From: Candidatus Omnitrophota bacterium
GTDB lineage: Bacteria; Omnitrophota; Gorgyraeia; Zapsychrales; JANLHA01
DNA length: 64,000 nt
NCBI GenBank assembly: GCA_029560465.1
Contig: JAKQKX010000016.1
Span: 1,248-65,247, forward strand
Direction of reading: 5' to 3'
The position numbers were made by a program, and so were the translations under genes. The notes under the pieces were generated by a model that was not told the origin of the DNA, did no database searches, and saw nothing but the letters and a program-made list of their open reading frames with translations. Below, piece after piece: positions 11,174-19,319 of the stretch (the stretch's first letter is position 1; every line of letters begins with the position of its first letter).

Positions 11174-11376
11174 CTTTTTGAAAACAAGGCTGTTTTGACC
11201 CTTCCCCAAAACAGATTTCAAACCATCCTCGCTGTTTTAGCGCAGGACTCTTCGGGAGCCGTTTGGAACAGGGCAGGAGCCTCTCTGGGACGCCTGAGAG
11301 GCTGGGATTAGCAGATCACCCCTCCCCATGGAGTTTGGAAATGATATCATTTTGCGGATGGAGCGGATTAAAGTAG

Positions 11377-11664
11377 TTGAGCAAATATCCGTCGGAGGTT
11401 TTCAAGATGCTTCTTAAATCGACTAGCCAGTATCCATGCCAGTGGGATGACCTTGTCGACAAAAATGGGCGGGTTATTGTTACGATATATACGCTTCGGG
11501 AAAAAATTATAGATGGTCCGTCTGTCCCTGGCGTGAAATTTTGCGAGGATGGGATATTCGACATAGTTGTCGACGTCCCGGAGCTTACTGAAGAAGTGGT
11601 GGCGGAAGTATTAGTGGATTTGTCTTCGCGGGCAGGGAAAAGATACAGTTTGAAATTAGCGTGA
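11377..11664 (+). CDS. Small hypothetical protein, possible integron gene-cassette ORF
   Basis: 95-aa ORF ending ~60 bp upstream of an attC-like site on the same strand; start (TTG) uncertain. Confidence 0.45.
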   Translation: MSKYPSEVFKMLLKSTSQYPCQWDDLVDKNGRVIVTIYTLREKIIDGPSVPGVKFCEDGIFDIVVDVPELTEEVVAEVLVDLSSRAGKRYSLKLA

Positions 11665-11724
11665 ACCGAATTTTTCGGGAGTTTGGGTGAAGCGCCGTTT
11701 GGCCTGGGAATCGATCGGAGAAAC

Positions 11725-11806
11725 GCCTAACGGTGGCATGAACCAGCCGTTCAGGCCTGGTTTTTGCTGCGGCAACCGGCTTCGCTGGTTATGCCGAGTG
11801 TTATGG
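11725..11806 (+). mobile_element. Integron attC recombination site (orphan)
   Basis: R'' GCCTAAC (RYYYAAC) and R' GTTATGG; inner inverted repeat GGCATgAACCAGC / GCTGGTTATGCC with one extrahelical G; 82 bp long; followed directly by an AAGGAGG RBS. Confidence 0.75.
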
Positions 11807-11866
11807 GATCATAAAGGAGGCATAAGATAGGATGCAAAGAATAAATTTTAGAGAATTATAAAAGTC

Positions 11867-11886
11867 CTACGGGCGTGAGCCCGTAG
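11867..11886. repeat. GTAG-ended palindrome (REP / IS200-IS605-end-like hairpin)
   Basis: Perfect CTACGGGC-GTGA-GCCCGTAG hairpin. Confidence 0.5.
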
Positions 11887-12024
11887 ATATCTAGCTTAAA
11901 AAGGAACGATTAACCAAAAGCGACGAGAAATCATTTTTAGGGGGTTTTTAACCCGGAATTTGTGTCCGGGTATGACCCCTATTGTCACGTTGACGGGAGA
12001 AGGGTGAGTTGGTACAATAACAGC

Positions 12025-12354
12025 ATGAAATTCGGGATTCGCGTTTTTTGCGTGATTTATAATATTTTAGGCTTGTTGGGGCTCGGCGCCTGCGTGTCCA
12101 GCGCTGCTGTCCTGTCCCGGTCCCGCAGCCTCGTGATCGGTGAGGCCGACATGATGCAGATTGTCGCTTATGTCGTGGCGGTGTTGTTTTTCTGCTCGGC
12201 ACTCCTGCTGATTAAAAGAAAAAAAATCGGATTTCTTCTGCCCATTCTTCTGCTCACCTTTTTCGTGTCCGGAGGGTTTGTCGTCCTGTTGCCGCTTCTT
12301 GTGGGACACATCCTGTTTTTTACCCGCCCACGGATCAAAGCCCAATTTTGTTGA
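12025..12354 (+). CDS. Small integral membrane protein
   Basis: Three to four hydrophobic segments; ends FFTRPRIKAQFC. Confidence 0.6.
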   Translation: MKFGIRVFCVIYNILGLLGLGACVSSAAVLSRSRSLVIGEADMMQIVAYVVAVLFFCSALLLIKRKKIGFLLPILLLTFFVSGGFVVLLPLLVGHILFFTRPRIKAQFC

Positions 12355-12488
12355 TTCTGCTCTTCTGCTCTATTTTTGCATTTCATGGAAAATCTGCGGC
12401 GCGGTCGCCTTTTCTTTGTTAAACTAACGAGAGAAGAACGGACCCCAGTGTTTTTTATTCGGTCTTTTGTCAATATAAAGGAGGACAC

Positions 12489-13013
12489 ATGATCGATCTG
12501 TTGAGAAAACGGCGGAGCGTGCGGGCGTATCTGAATCAGACGATTGAGCCGGAGAAAGTGAGTATCCTTAAAGAGGCGTTGCTGCGGTCTCCTTCCTCGC
12601 GTGATATTCAGCCTTGGATGTTTATTTTTGTGGAGGATGAGAAGATGCTCAGCCATCTTTCCCGGGTGAAAGTCCATGGCTCGGCTTTTTTGGCCGGCGC
12701 CCAGATGGTCATTGTCGTCCTGGGCGACGAAGCGGCTTCGGATGTCTGGATAGAAGATTGCTCTATCGCTGCGGTTGTGGCCATGTTAACCGCTTCTTCG
12801 CTTGGGCTTGGCAGCTGCTGGGTACAGGTCAGAAACCGTCAGCATTCTCCGTCAGAAAGCGCTGAGGATTATGTCCGCAAAGCCCTGAATATCCCGGACA
12901 ATTTCCGGGTGGAAGCCATGATCGCACTTGGGTATCCGGATGAAGAAAAAGCCGGCATACCATTGGACGAGCTGCGGTTTGATAAAATTAAAACCGGGAC
13001 GTTTGCCGGTTGA
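12489..13013 (+). CDS. Nitroreductase family protein
   Basis: RRSVRAY, SPSS-x-x-x-QPW-x-FI, DCSIAA, GLGSCW, IALGYP motifs; AAGGAGG RBS. Confidence 0.92.
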   Translation: MIDLLRKRRSVRAYLNQTIEPEKVSILKEALLRSPSSRDIQPWMFIFVEDEKMLSHLSRVKVHGSAFLAGAQMVIVVLGDEAASDVWIEDCSIAAVVAMLTASSLGLGSCWVQVRNRQHSPSESAEDYVRKALNIPDNFRVEAMIALGYPDEEKAGIPLDELRFDKIKTGTFAG

Positions 13014-13157
13014 ACTATGACGGGCAGAAAACGCTGTAAGTTTTCCCGTCCGGCCTTGGGCCCCGAGCGCCCCATCCCCAAGGCATCATCGTTTCAGAGA
13101 AACGGCTTCTTTTCCATTTTGAGAGGAGCGTTTCTTCGTGGCTTCGGGAAAGAAATT

Positions 13158-13186
13158 TTGCATAAAGGAGTATTTTGTCGTATATT
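13158..13186 (+). promoter_or_regulatory. Sigma70-type promoter of the ANTAR regulator
   Basis: TTGCAT-N17-TATATT. Confidence 0.55.
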
Positions 13187-13211
13187 AACTTAATTGTAAG
13201 AGCAGGACAGT

Positions 13212-14474
13212 ATGACCAAAATAACGGGAGTTGATATGCCAAGAAAACGGAATGTCGGGATGGGATTAAGTATTTCCCAAGGGGACGAGTTGAAGATATT
13301 ACGCCAGATTGTCGATATAACGTCTTCCGAGATGGACTTGGCGCGCACGCTGAAAGAGGTCGTTGGCATCGTGAATGAGGCGACCCGGGCGGATTCGGTT
13401 TTTATCTACCTTTTTGACGAGCGGAAAGAAAACCTGACGTTGATGGCCTCTAAATTGCCGCATAAAAGAATGCTGGGGCATCTTGTCTTGAAGGTCGGGG
13501 AAGGGATTACCGGCTGGGTAGCCAAGGAAAACAAGCCGGTGGCCATCAATGAGAACGCTTATCAGGACGCGCGGTTCAAGAATTTTGACGTCTTGCCGGA
13601 AGACCAATACGAAGCGTTTCTGTCCGTCCCCATCATTTATAAGGGCAAGGCGATCGGGGTTATTAATGTCCAGCATAAAAAGCCGCACGATTACAGTTCC
13701 CAGACCGTCACCCTGATCTGCACGATCGCCAAACAGGTCGGAGGGGTGATTGAACACGCGGTCCTTTATGAACATATCAAGCTGAAAGCGAAGCAGTTTG
13801 ACAGCCTGGTCAAGGTGAGCCAGTCCATCACATCGGAGAATTACCTGGATGAAATTTTAAACCTGATCGTGGTGGTGACGGCGGAAATGCTGAACTCCAA
13901 GATTTGCTCGATCCTTCTTCTGGATGACAGGAAACAGAAGGAGCTGGTGATCAAGGCCACCCAGAGCTTGAGCGAGGAATACAAGCAGAAACCGAACCTC
14001 AACGTGGACCGCAGCCTTTTGGGGGAGGTGATCAAACGCAAAAAGCCGTTGATGTTTCAGGATGTCCGCCAGGAACAGAAATACTTTTACCGGGATTTGG
14101 CGGTGAAAGAGAACCTGACTTCGATGATCGCGGTCCCCATGATTGTCAAAGACACCGCGATCGGAGTTATAAATGTGTATACCAAAGAGCCGCATGTGTT
14201 TTCGGACGAGGAAACAGGGGTCCTTCAGATGGTGGCCAACCAGGCGGCGGTCGCGGTGGAAAACACAAAATTGATGCAGGAGGCCCTCAAGGCCAAAGAA
14301 GCGTTGGAAACGCGCAAGCTCGTTGAGCGGGCTAAGGGTATTTTGATGAAGCTGAATAATTTGTCCGAACAGGCCGCGTACCGGTTGATCCATAAAAAGA
14401 GCATGGACACCTGCCGCTCCATGAAAGAGATCGCCGAGTCCGTGATCCTGATGGATGAATTGAGCTCCTCGTGA
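13212..14474 (+). CDS. GAF-GAF-ANTAR RNA-binding antiterminator
   Basis: Two GAF domains (GEGITGWVA..SVPII..IGVINV; IAVPMI..IGVINVY) and a C-terminal ANTAR domain (LETRKLVERAKGILM..LSEQAAYRLIHKKSMD..MKEIAE). Start may be 13236. Confidence 0.93.
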   Translation: MTKITGVDMPRKRNVGMGLSISQGDELKILRQIVDITSSEMDLARTLKEVVGIVNEATRADSVFIYLFDERKENLTLMASKLPHKRMLGHLVLKVGEGITGWVAKENKPVAINENAYQDARFKNFDVLPEDQYEAFLSVPIIYKGKAIGVINVQHKKPHDYSSQTVTLICTIAKQVGGVIEHAVLYEHIKLKAKQFDSLVKVSQSITSENYLDEILNLIVVVTAEMLNSKICSILLLDDRKQKELVIKATQSLSEEYKQKPNLNVDRSLLGEVIKRKKPLMFQDVRQEQKYFYRDLAVKENLTSMIAVPMIVKDTAIGVINVYTKEPHVFSDEETGVLQMVANQAAVAVENTKLMQEALKAKEALETRKLVERAKGILMKLNNLSEQAAYRLIHKKSMDTCRSMKEIAESVILMDELSSS

Positions 14475-14597
14475 AGGTGTTTTAGCGGAGGCGCGCTAAA
14501 GCCTGGGATCCGGGTGCGGGACAGGCAGAAGGCGGCTTTTTTAGGGCGTTATTTTGGATTTTCAAAATTCGTAAATGCCGTGGATAAAAAAAACACC

Positions 14598-14626
14598 TTG
14601 ACAAAAAGCTCCGGAAATATTATATT
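14598..14626 (+). promoter_or_regulatory. Sigma70 promoter of the nitrogen-uptake operon
   Basis: TTGACA-N17-TATATT; predicted start site ~14633. Confidence 0.8.
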
Positions 14627-14632
14627 TTAACC

Positions 14633-14671
14633 AGACCATTGACGGTTTATCATAACGGGCAAGGAAGTCCG
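14633..14671 (+). promoter_or_regulatory. ANTAR-binding dual-hairpin RNA motif
   Basis: P1 AGACC-ATTGAC-GGTTT, 7-nt linker, P2 CGGGC-AAGGAA-GTCCG. Both hexaloops have A1 and G4; P2 overlaps the 5' arm of a terminator. Confidence 0.85.
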
Positions 14672-14699
14672 GATTCTTTATAAGATTCCGGGCTTTTTT
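14665..14699 (+). terminator. Intrinsic terminator / attenuator 1
   Basis: AAGTCCGGATTCTT-TAT-AAGATTCCGGGCTT followed by a T run. Confidence 0.85.
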
Positions 14700-14714
14700 A
14701 TTGTTAGTGCTTTT

Positions 14715-14768
14715 GGGCGTTGACGTCCTCTTGATCGCAGGGATTCTGCGGAAGAGGGCTTTTTTTTT
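14715..14768 (+). terminator. Attenuator 2: ANTAR-like hairpin overlapping a second intrinsic terminator
   Basis: Hairpin GGGC-GTTGAC-GTCC overlaps the stem GTCCTCTT..CGCAGG-GAT-TCTGCG..AAGAGGGC, which is followed by 9 T. Confidence 0.75.
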
Positions 14769-14877
14769 GATATTTGATAAAGGGCATGGGGGTCCATAAC
14801 GAGCAAAGACAGCTTGCGGGTCCGTTGGCGGGGCAGAAAAATGGTGCAATAGTGAATAAGAAAATTAAGGAGAAACG

Positions 14878-15645
14878 ATGAAGTTAAAAAGTGAAATTCT
14901 GATCAGCGTTTGTATGACAGCCCTCTTTTGTGGACTTCCGGCTAAGGCGGAAAGCAAAACCATTTTTGGGGATTATCTTAAGGAGAACGCCGTTGAGGTC
15001 GAATTGAGCGCCCGTACCGATTTTTATTCCAAATATATCTGGCGCGGCTTTCGCCTTGATGATGACTATGTTCTTCAGCCAGGGGTTTCGGTAGGTGGGT
15101 ATGGATTCGAGGTTAATGTCTGGGGCAGTTTTGACACAGCCCAGAATGACGCTTTGGGGTCGGATGAAGTAGACACGACGGTGAGTTACAGCCGTGATTT
15201 TGACGCAGTATCCCTTTCCGTGGGGCACGTTTATTATGATTTTCCTTCCGCGGGAACGTTTAGCAAGGAGTTTTTCTTAGGAGTGGGTTACGACACCCTG
15301 CTGGCCCCGTCTTTCACCTGGTATCACGATTATGGCCGAGAAAGCCAGGGGGGAGGCCATGGGGATTATATGGTGCTCGCGTTGGGGCACACCCTGACGC
15401 TTAATGAGGAATACGGGATTACTTTGGATTTGTCCGGGCATGTTGGGTATAACCAACGCCTGTTTATTAAAGGAAAAGGCGGCGATGTTGCGTTGGGGGC
15501 GGGGCTGACAGTCCCTTTGACAGAGACCCTTTCCTTATCTCCCAGTTTGAATTACAGCCTTCCATACGGAGACATGGAAGATTCTTCCGACGGTAATCAG
15601 GATGATGAATTTTATTGGGGTGCCGGGGTGAGTTGCCGTTTCTAA
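14878..15645 (+). CDS. Outer-membrane beta-barrel protein (TorF/Gcw_chp-like putative porin)
   Basis: Signal peptide, SKYIWRG..VLQP motif, alternating beta-strand pattern, C-terminal Phe; this family often lies next to amt/glnK. Confidence 0.75.
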   Translation: MKLKSEILISVCMTALFCGLPAKAESKTIFGDYLKENAVEVELSARTDFYSKYIWRGFRLDDDYVLQPGVSVGGYGFEVNVWGSFDTAQNDALGSDEVDTTVSYSRDFDAVSLSVGHVYYDFPSAGTFSKEFFLGVGYDTLLAPSFTWYHDYGRESQGGGHGDYMVLALGHTLTLNEEYGITLDLSGHVGYNQRLFIKGKGGDVALGAGLTVPLTETLSLSPSLNYSLPYGDMEDSSDGNQDDEFYWGAGVSCRF

Positions 15646-15694
15646 TGTTCAGTGATTTTGTCCGGGGTCAGTCCCGGATCGAAAGGAGTTCGAT

Positions 15695-17083
15695 ATGTTT
15701 AGAAAAATTTTAAAAATTCTCCCTGCGCTCGCGGTTATCCTGGGGGTCGGGGTGATGCTTGGCGCGGGCTTGGGGATGGCGGAAGAGCCGACTGTGGCTG
15801 GTAACGCTGCGGCCATCGAGGAAAAAAGCGTGGCGATGGATACGGTGTGGACGCTTATCGCCGGGATGCTGGTGATGTTCATGCAGGCGGGGTTCGCGAT
15901 GGTGGAAACTGGTTTCACCCGGGCGAAGAATGCCTGCAACATTATGATGAAAAACTTGCTTGATTTCACGGTCGGGGCGGTGATTTATTGGGCTGTCGGT
16001 TTTGGGATTATGTTCGGGGCCGGAAACTTGTTTTTCGGGACCAGCGGCTTTTTCCTGGCTGATACCGGAAGCACGTTCGCCTCTCTGGACTGGAGTCTGG
16101 TCCCCTTGGCGTGTAAATATTTCTTTCAAATGGTTTTTGCCGCGACGGCGGCGACCATTGTTTCCGGGGCCATGGCGGAACGCACCAAGTTTTCGGCGTA
16201 TCTGGTGTACAGCATGGTGATCAGCGCGTTGATTTATCCGGTCGTGGGCCACTGGATCTGGGGTGGCGGGTGGCTGGCTGAAATCGGGATGTGGGATTTT
16301 GCCGGGTCAACGGTTGTGCATTCCACGGGGGCCTGGATGGCGCTGATCGGCGCGATTTTCCTCGGGCCTCGGTTAGGGAAATACCGCCCGGATGGGTCTT
16401 CCAACGCGATCCCCGGCCATAATATCCCATTGGCCACGTTAGGGGTTTTTATCCTCTGGTTCGGGTGGTACGGGTTTAATCCCGGAAGCACGATGGCGGC
16501 GGTCCCAGGCATCGCTCATATCGCCATGACGACGACGATTGCTGCGGCGGTCGGGGTTAACGCTGCGATGGTGACATCATGGGTGATGTTTTCCAAACCG
16601 GATATTTCCATGGCGTTAAACGGCGGGCTGGCGGGCCTGGTGGCGATCACGGCGGGATGCGCCTTTGTGTCTCCCGGGAGCGCGGCTTTGATCGGACTGG
16701 TGGCCGGCGTTCTGGTCGTCCTATCGGTTGTCACTTTTGATAAGGTTTTTCATATCGATGATCCGGTGGGGGCGGTGTCGGTGCACGGGGTTTGCGGTGC
16801 CTGGGGCACGCTGGCTGTGGGTCTTTTCGCGCAGGACATTTTTTCTCCAGGGACAACCGGAAACGGGTTGTTGTTCGGCGGAGGTATCAAGTTGCTGATG
16901 TCCCAGCTGGCTGGCGTGGGCTCGGTCATGCTCTGGTGTTTTATCTGCGGGGTTGTCCTTTTCTCAGCCATTAAAGCGACCATCGGGTTACGGGTGAGCA
17001 AAGAGGAGGAGTTGCGGGGTCTGGATATTGATGAACATGGCATGGAGGCTTACTCAGGATTCCAGATTTTCACGACGGAATAA
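15695..17083 (+). CDS. amt: Ammonium transporter (copy 1)
   Basis: MQAGFAMVE-x-G, SGAMAER, DFAGSTVVH, LWFGWYGFNPGS, DDPVGAVSVHG (twin His present). Confidence 0.97.
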   Translation: MFRKILKILPALAVILGVGVMLGAGLGMAEEPTVAGNAAAIEEKSVAMDTVWTLIAGMLVMFMQAGFAMVETGFTRAKNACNIMMKNLLDFTVGAVIYWAVGFGIMFGAGNLFFGTSGFFLADTGSTFASLDWSLVPLACKYFFQMVFAATAATIVSGAMAERTKFSAYLVYSMVISALIYPVVGHWIWGGGWLAEIGMWDFAGSTVVHSTGAWMALIGAIFLGPRLGKYRPDGSSNAIPGHNIPLATLGVFILWFGWYGFNPGSTMAAVPGIAHIAMTTTIAAAVGVNAAMVTSWVMFSKPDISMALNGGLAGLVAITAGCAFVSPGSAALIGLVAGVLVVLSVVTFDKVFHIDDPVGAVSVHGVCGAWGTLAVGLFAQDIFSPGTTGNGLLFGGGIKLLMSQLAGVGSVMLWCFICGVVLFSAIKATIGLRVSKEEELRGLDIDEHGMEAYSGFQIFTTE

Positions 17084-17167
17084 TCGCAGCTGTCCGCCCA
17101 ATCTGTGTAACCCCTGGGGGGAAGAAAAAGAAAAAGTTTTCAATATACAATAAGGAGGGACAATCCC

Positions 17168-17509
17168 ATGAAATTAATTATCGCGATGATTCAGCCGCAT
17201 AAACTTCCGGACGTGAAAAAGGAGCTTTTTGCCGCAGATGTCCATAAGATGACCGTGACCAATGTGCTCGGATGCGGTCAGCAGAAAGGATACAACGAGA
17301 CGTACCGGGGTGTTATGCACGAGGTGAACCTGTTAAAAAAAGTCCGTTTGGAAATCGCCGTGAATGAGGATTTTGTCAAGCGGACGGTTGACGCTATTGT
17401 CCGGGGGGCCAAGACGGGAAAAATCGGGGACGGGAAAATTTTTATTCTCGATTTGCCGGAATGCATCCGGGTGCGGACAGGCGAAAGGGGGAGCGAAGCC
17501 ATCGGGTAA
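17168..17509 (+). CDS. glnK: P-II nitrogen regulatory protein (GlnK/GlnB-like)
   Basis: QKG..YRG T-loop, [18 protein letters not shown]; located between two amt genes. Confidence 0.95.
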   Translation: MKLIIAMIQPHKLPDVKKELFAADVHKMTVTNVLGCGQQKGYNETYRGVMHEVNLLKKVRLEIAVNEDFVKRTVDAIVRGAKTGKIGDGKIFILDLPECIRVRTGERGSEAIG

Positions 17510-17573
17510 TGGGCGTAAGAGTTTTTCTTCGGGTCGGTAGGAGAGGATCAAGACAGAAAATAAGGAGGGGAGA

Positions 17574-18914
17574 GTGACACACATAAACCGCGTTAAAACG
17601 TTATTTCTGATCGGAGCCGCTTGTCTGATGATGGGCTCGGGTTGTCCTGCTTTTGCGGACGACGGAGCCGTTCCCAGCGTTACGGGCCTGGATACGCTTT
17701 GGGTGCTGATCACTGCTTTTTTGGTCTTTTTTATGCAGGCGGGGTTTGGGATGGTGGAGGCGGGTTTTATCCGGGCTAAAAATACCTGTAACATTTTGAC
17801 GAAAAATTTTATGGATTTTTGCATGGCGTCTTTGGGGTTTTTTATATTTGGATATGCGATCATGTTCGGGGAGGGGAACGGATTCCTCGGATTAACGGGG
17901 TGGTTTTTGGCGGGTGCGGAGTCGGCCGCCGGCGTTCCTCTTTATGCGTTCTGGCTTTTTCAGGCCGCCTTTTGCGGGGCGGCGGCCACGATCGTGGCCG
18001 GAGGCATGGCTGAACGGATGAAGTTCCAGGGGTATCTTATTTATTCCTTTGTTATTTCGGCGTTTATTTATCCGATCGTCGGGCATTGGGTCTGGGGTGG
18101 CGGCTGGCTGGCGGACCTTGGCTTCGCGGACTTCGCCGGATCCACGGTCGTTCACTCTCTCGGTGGTTTCGCCGCTTTGATCGGGACCATCATCCTCAAG
18201 CCGCGGATCGGAAAATATAACCCGGACGGGTCAGTCAACGCGATTGCCGGGCACAATATCCCCCTGGCGTCACTCGGGGTTTTTATCCTTTGGTTCGGGT
18301 GGTTTGGTTTTAACCCGGGCTCAACGTTATCCGTTGGAGACGGCAGCCTTATCGCCCGGGTGGCGATTAACACCAATCTGGCTGCGGCGGCGGGTGGGAT
18401 CGCGGCGATCATCACCGTGTGGGCGAAGTTCGGCAAGCCGGATTTGTCCATGGCCATGAACGGCGCTTTGGCCGGCTTGGTTGCGGTCACCGCGCCCTGC
18501 GCTTTTGTTGAGCCCTGGGCTGCCATTGCGATCGGCGGGATCGGCGGGATTATTGTTGTGTTTGGCGTTGTGTTCTTGGATCGCCTCCGGATTGACGATC
18601 CGGTCGGGGCCGTTCCTGTTCACGGTTTTAACGGCCTTTGGGGGACTTTGGCGGTCGGGATTTTTGGCCGCCAATCTTTGGGGCTGGCCCATGACGGCCT
18701 GCTGTATGGAGGGGGGGTGACACAACTGGGGATTCAGTTTCTGGGTGTTATGTCGGCCATCCTATTTATTGTGGTGACCATGGGAACGCTGTTCAAATTG
18801 ATTGATTCGACCATCGGATTGCGGGTGACGGTTGAAGAGGAGCACCGCGGACTGGATATCGGAGAACACGGCATGGAATCCTATTCGGGGTTTCAGATTT
18901 TTACGACATCATAA
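17574..18914 (+). CDS. amt: Ammonium transporter (copy 2)
   Basis: MQAGFGMVEAG, GGMAER, DFAGSTVVH, WFGWFGFNPGS, DDPVGAVPVHG; TAAGGAGG RBS before the GTG. Confidence 0.97.
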   Translation: MTHINRVKTLFLIGAACLMMGSGCPAFADDGAVPSVTGLDTLWVLITAFLVFFMQAGFGMVEAGFIRAKNTCNILTKNFMDFCMASLGFFIFGYAIMFGEGNGFLGLTGWFLAGAESAAGVPLYAFWLFQAAFCGAAATIVAGGMAERMKFQGYLIYSFVISAFIYPIVGHWVWGGGWLADLGFADFAGSTVVHSLGGFAALIGTIILKPRIGKYNPDGSVNAIAGHNIPLASLGVFILWFGWFGFNPGSTLSVGDGSLIARVAINTNLAAAAGGIAAIITVWAKFGKPDLSMAMNGALAGLVAVTAPCAFVEPWAAIAIGGIGGIIVVFGVVFLDRLRIDDPVGAVPVHGFNGLWGTLAVGIFGRQSLGLAHDGLLYGGGVTQLGIQFLGVMSAILFIVVTMGTLFKLIDSTIGLRVTVEEEHRGLDIGEHGMESYSGFQIFTTS

Positions 18915-19011
18915 AAAGGCGCGTGTTTTTGATCCTGGGGTGCGTGGTCTTCTTTAAATGAAGTTCTCCCGGGGACGAACCCGGGAGACGGGAGAGGAGG
19001 CGATCTGCGGT

Positions 19012-19152
19012 ATGTGGGTGATCGTTATGCTTGTGCTTTTGGCCGGGACATCTTTTTTGATGTTCAAAAAATATTATTGGTCAAAAGTATTTTATACGAA
19101 AGAATCTCTTATTACGATCCTGAAAAAAGAGCATGAAGGGGCGGGATATTAA
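19012..19152 (+). CDS. Candidate 46-aa single-TM small protein
   Basis: GGAGG RBS 11 nt upstream of the ATG; MWVIVMLVLLAGTSFLMF followed by KKYY. Confidence 0.45.
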   Translation: MWVIVMLVLLAGTSFLMFKKYYWSKVFYTKESLITILKKEHEGAGY

Positions 19153-19319
19153 AACGGCCGTCTGTGTTACAGGAGGGCGGAACGGGGCAGGACGGAGAAA
19201 TGAGCCCCGATCGGTGCCCTGAAAATCTTTTCCCTTTGCGGGCGCAATGCTTTATAATAAGCTCATTTCTAGGGAAGCATAAGGCCGCTGCAGGGACCAA
19301 TTAAAACGGAGGTAAAAAG

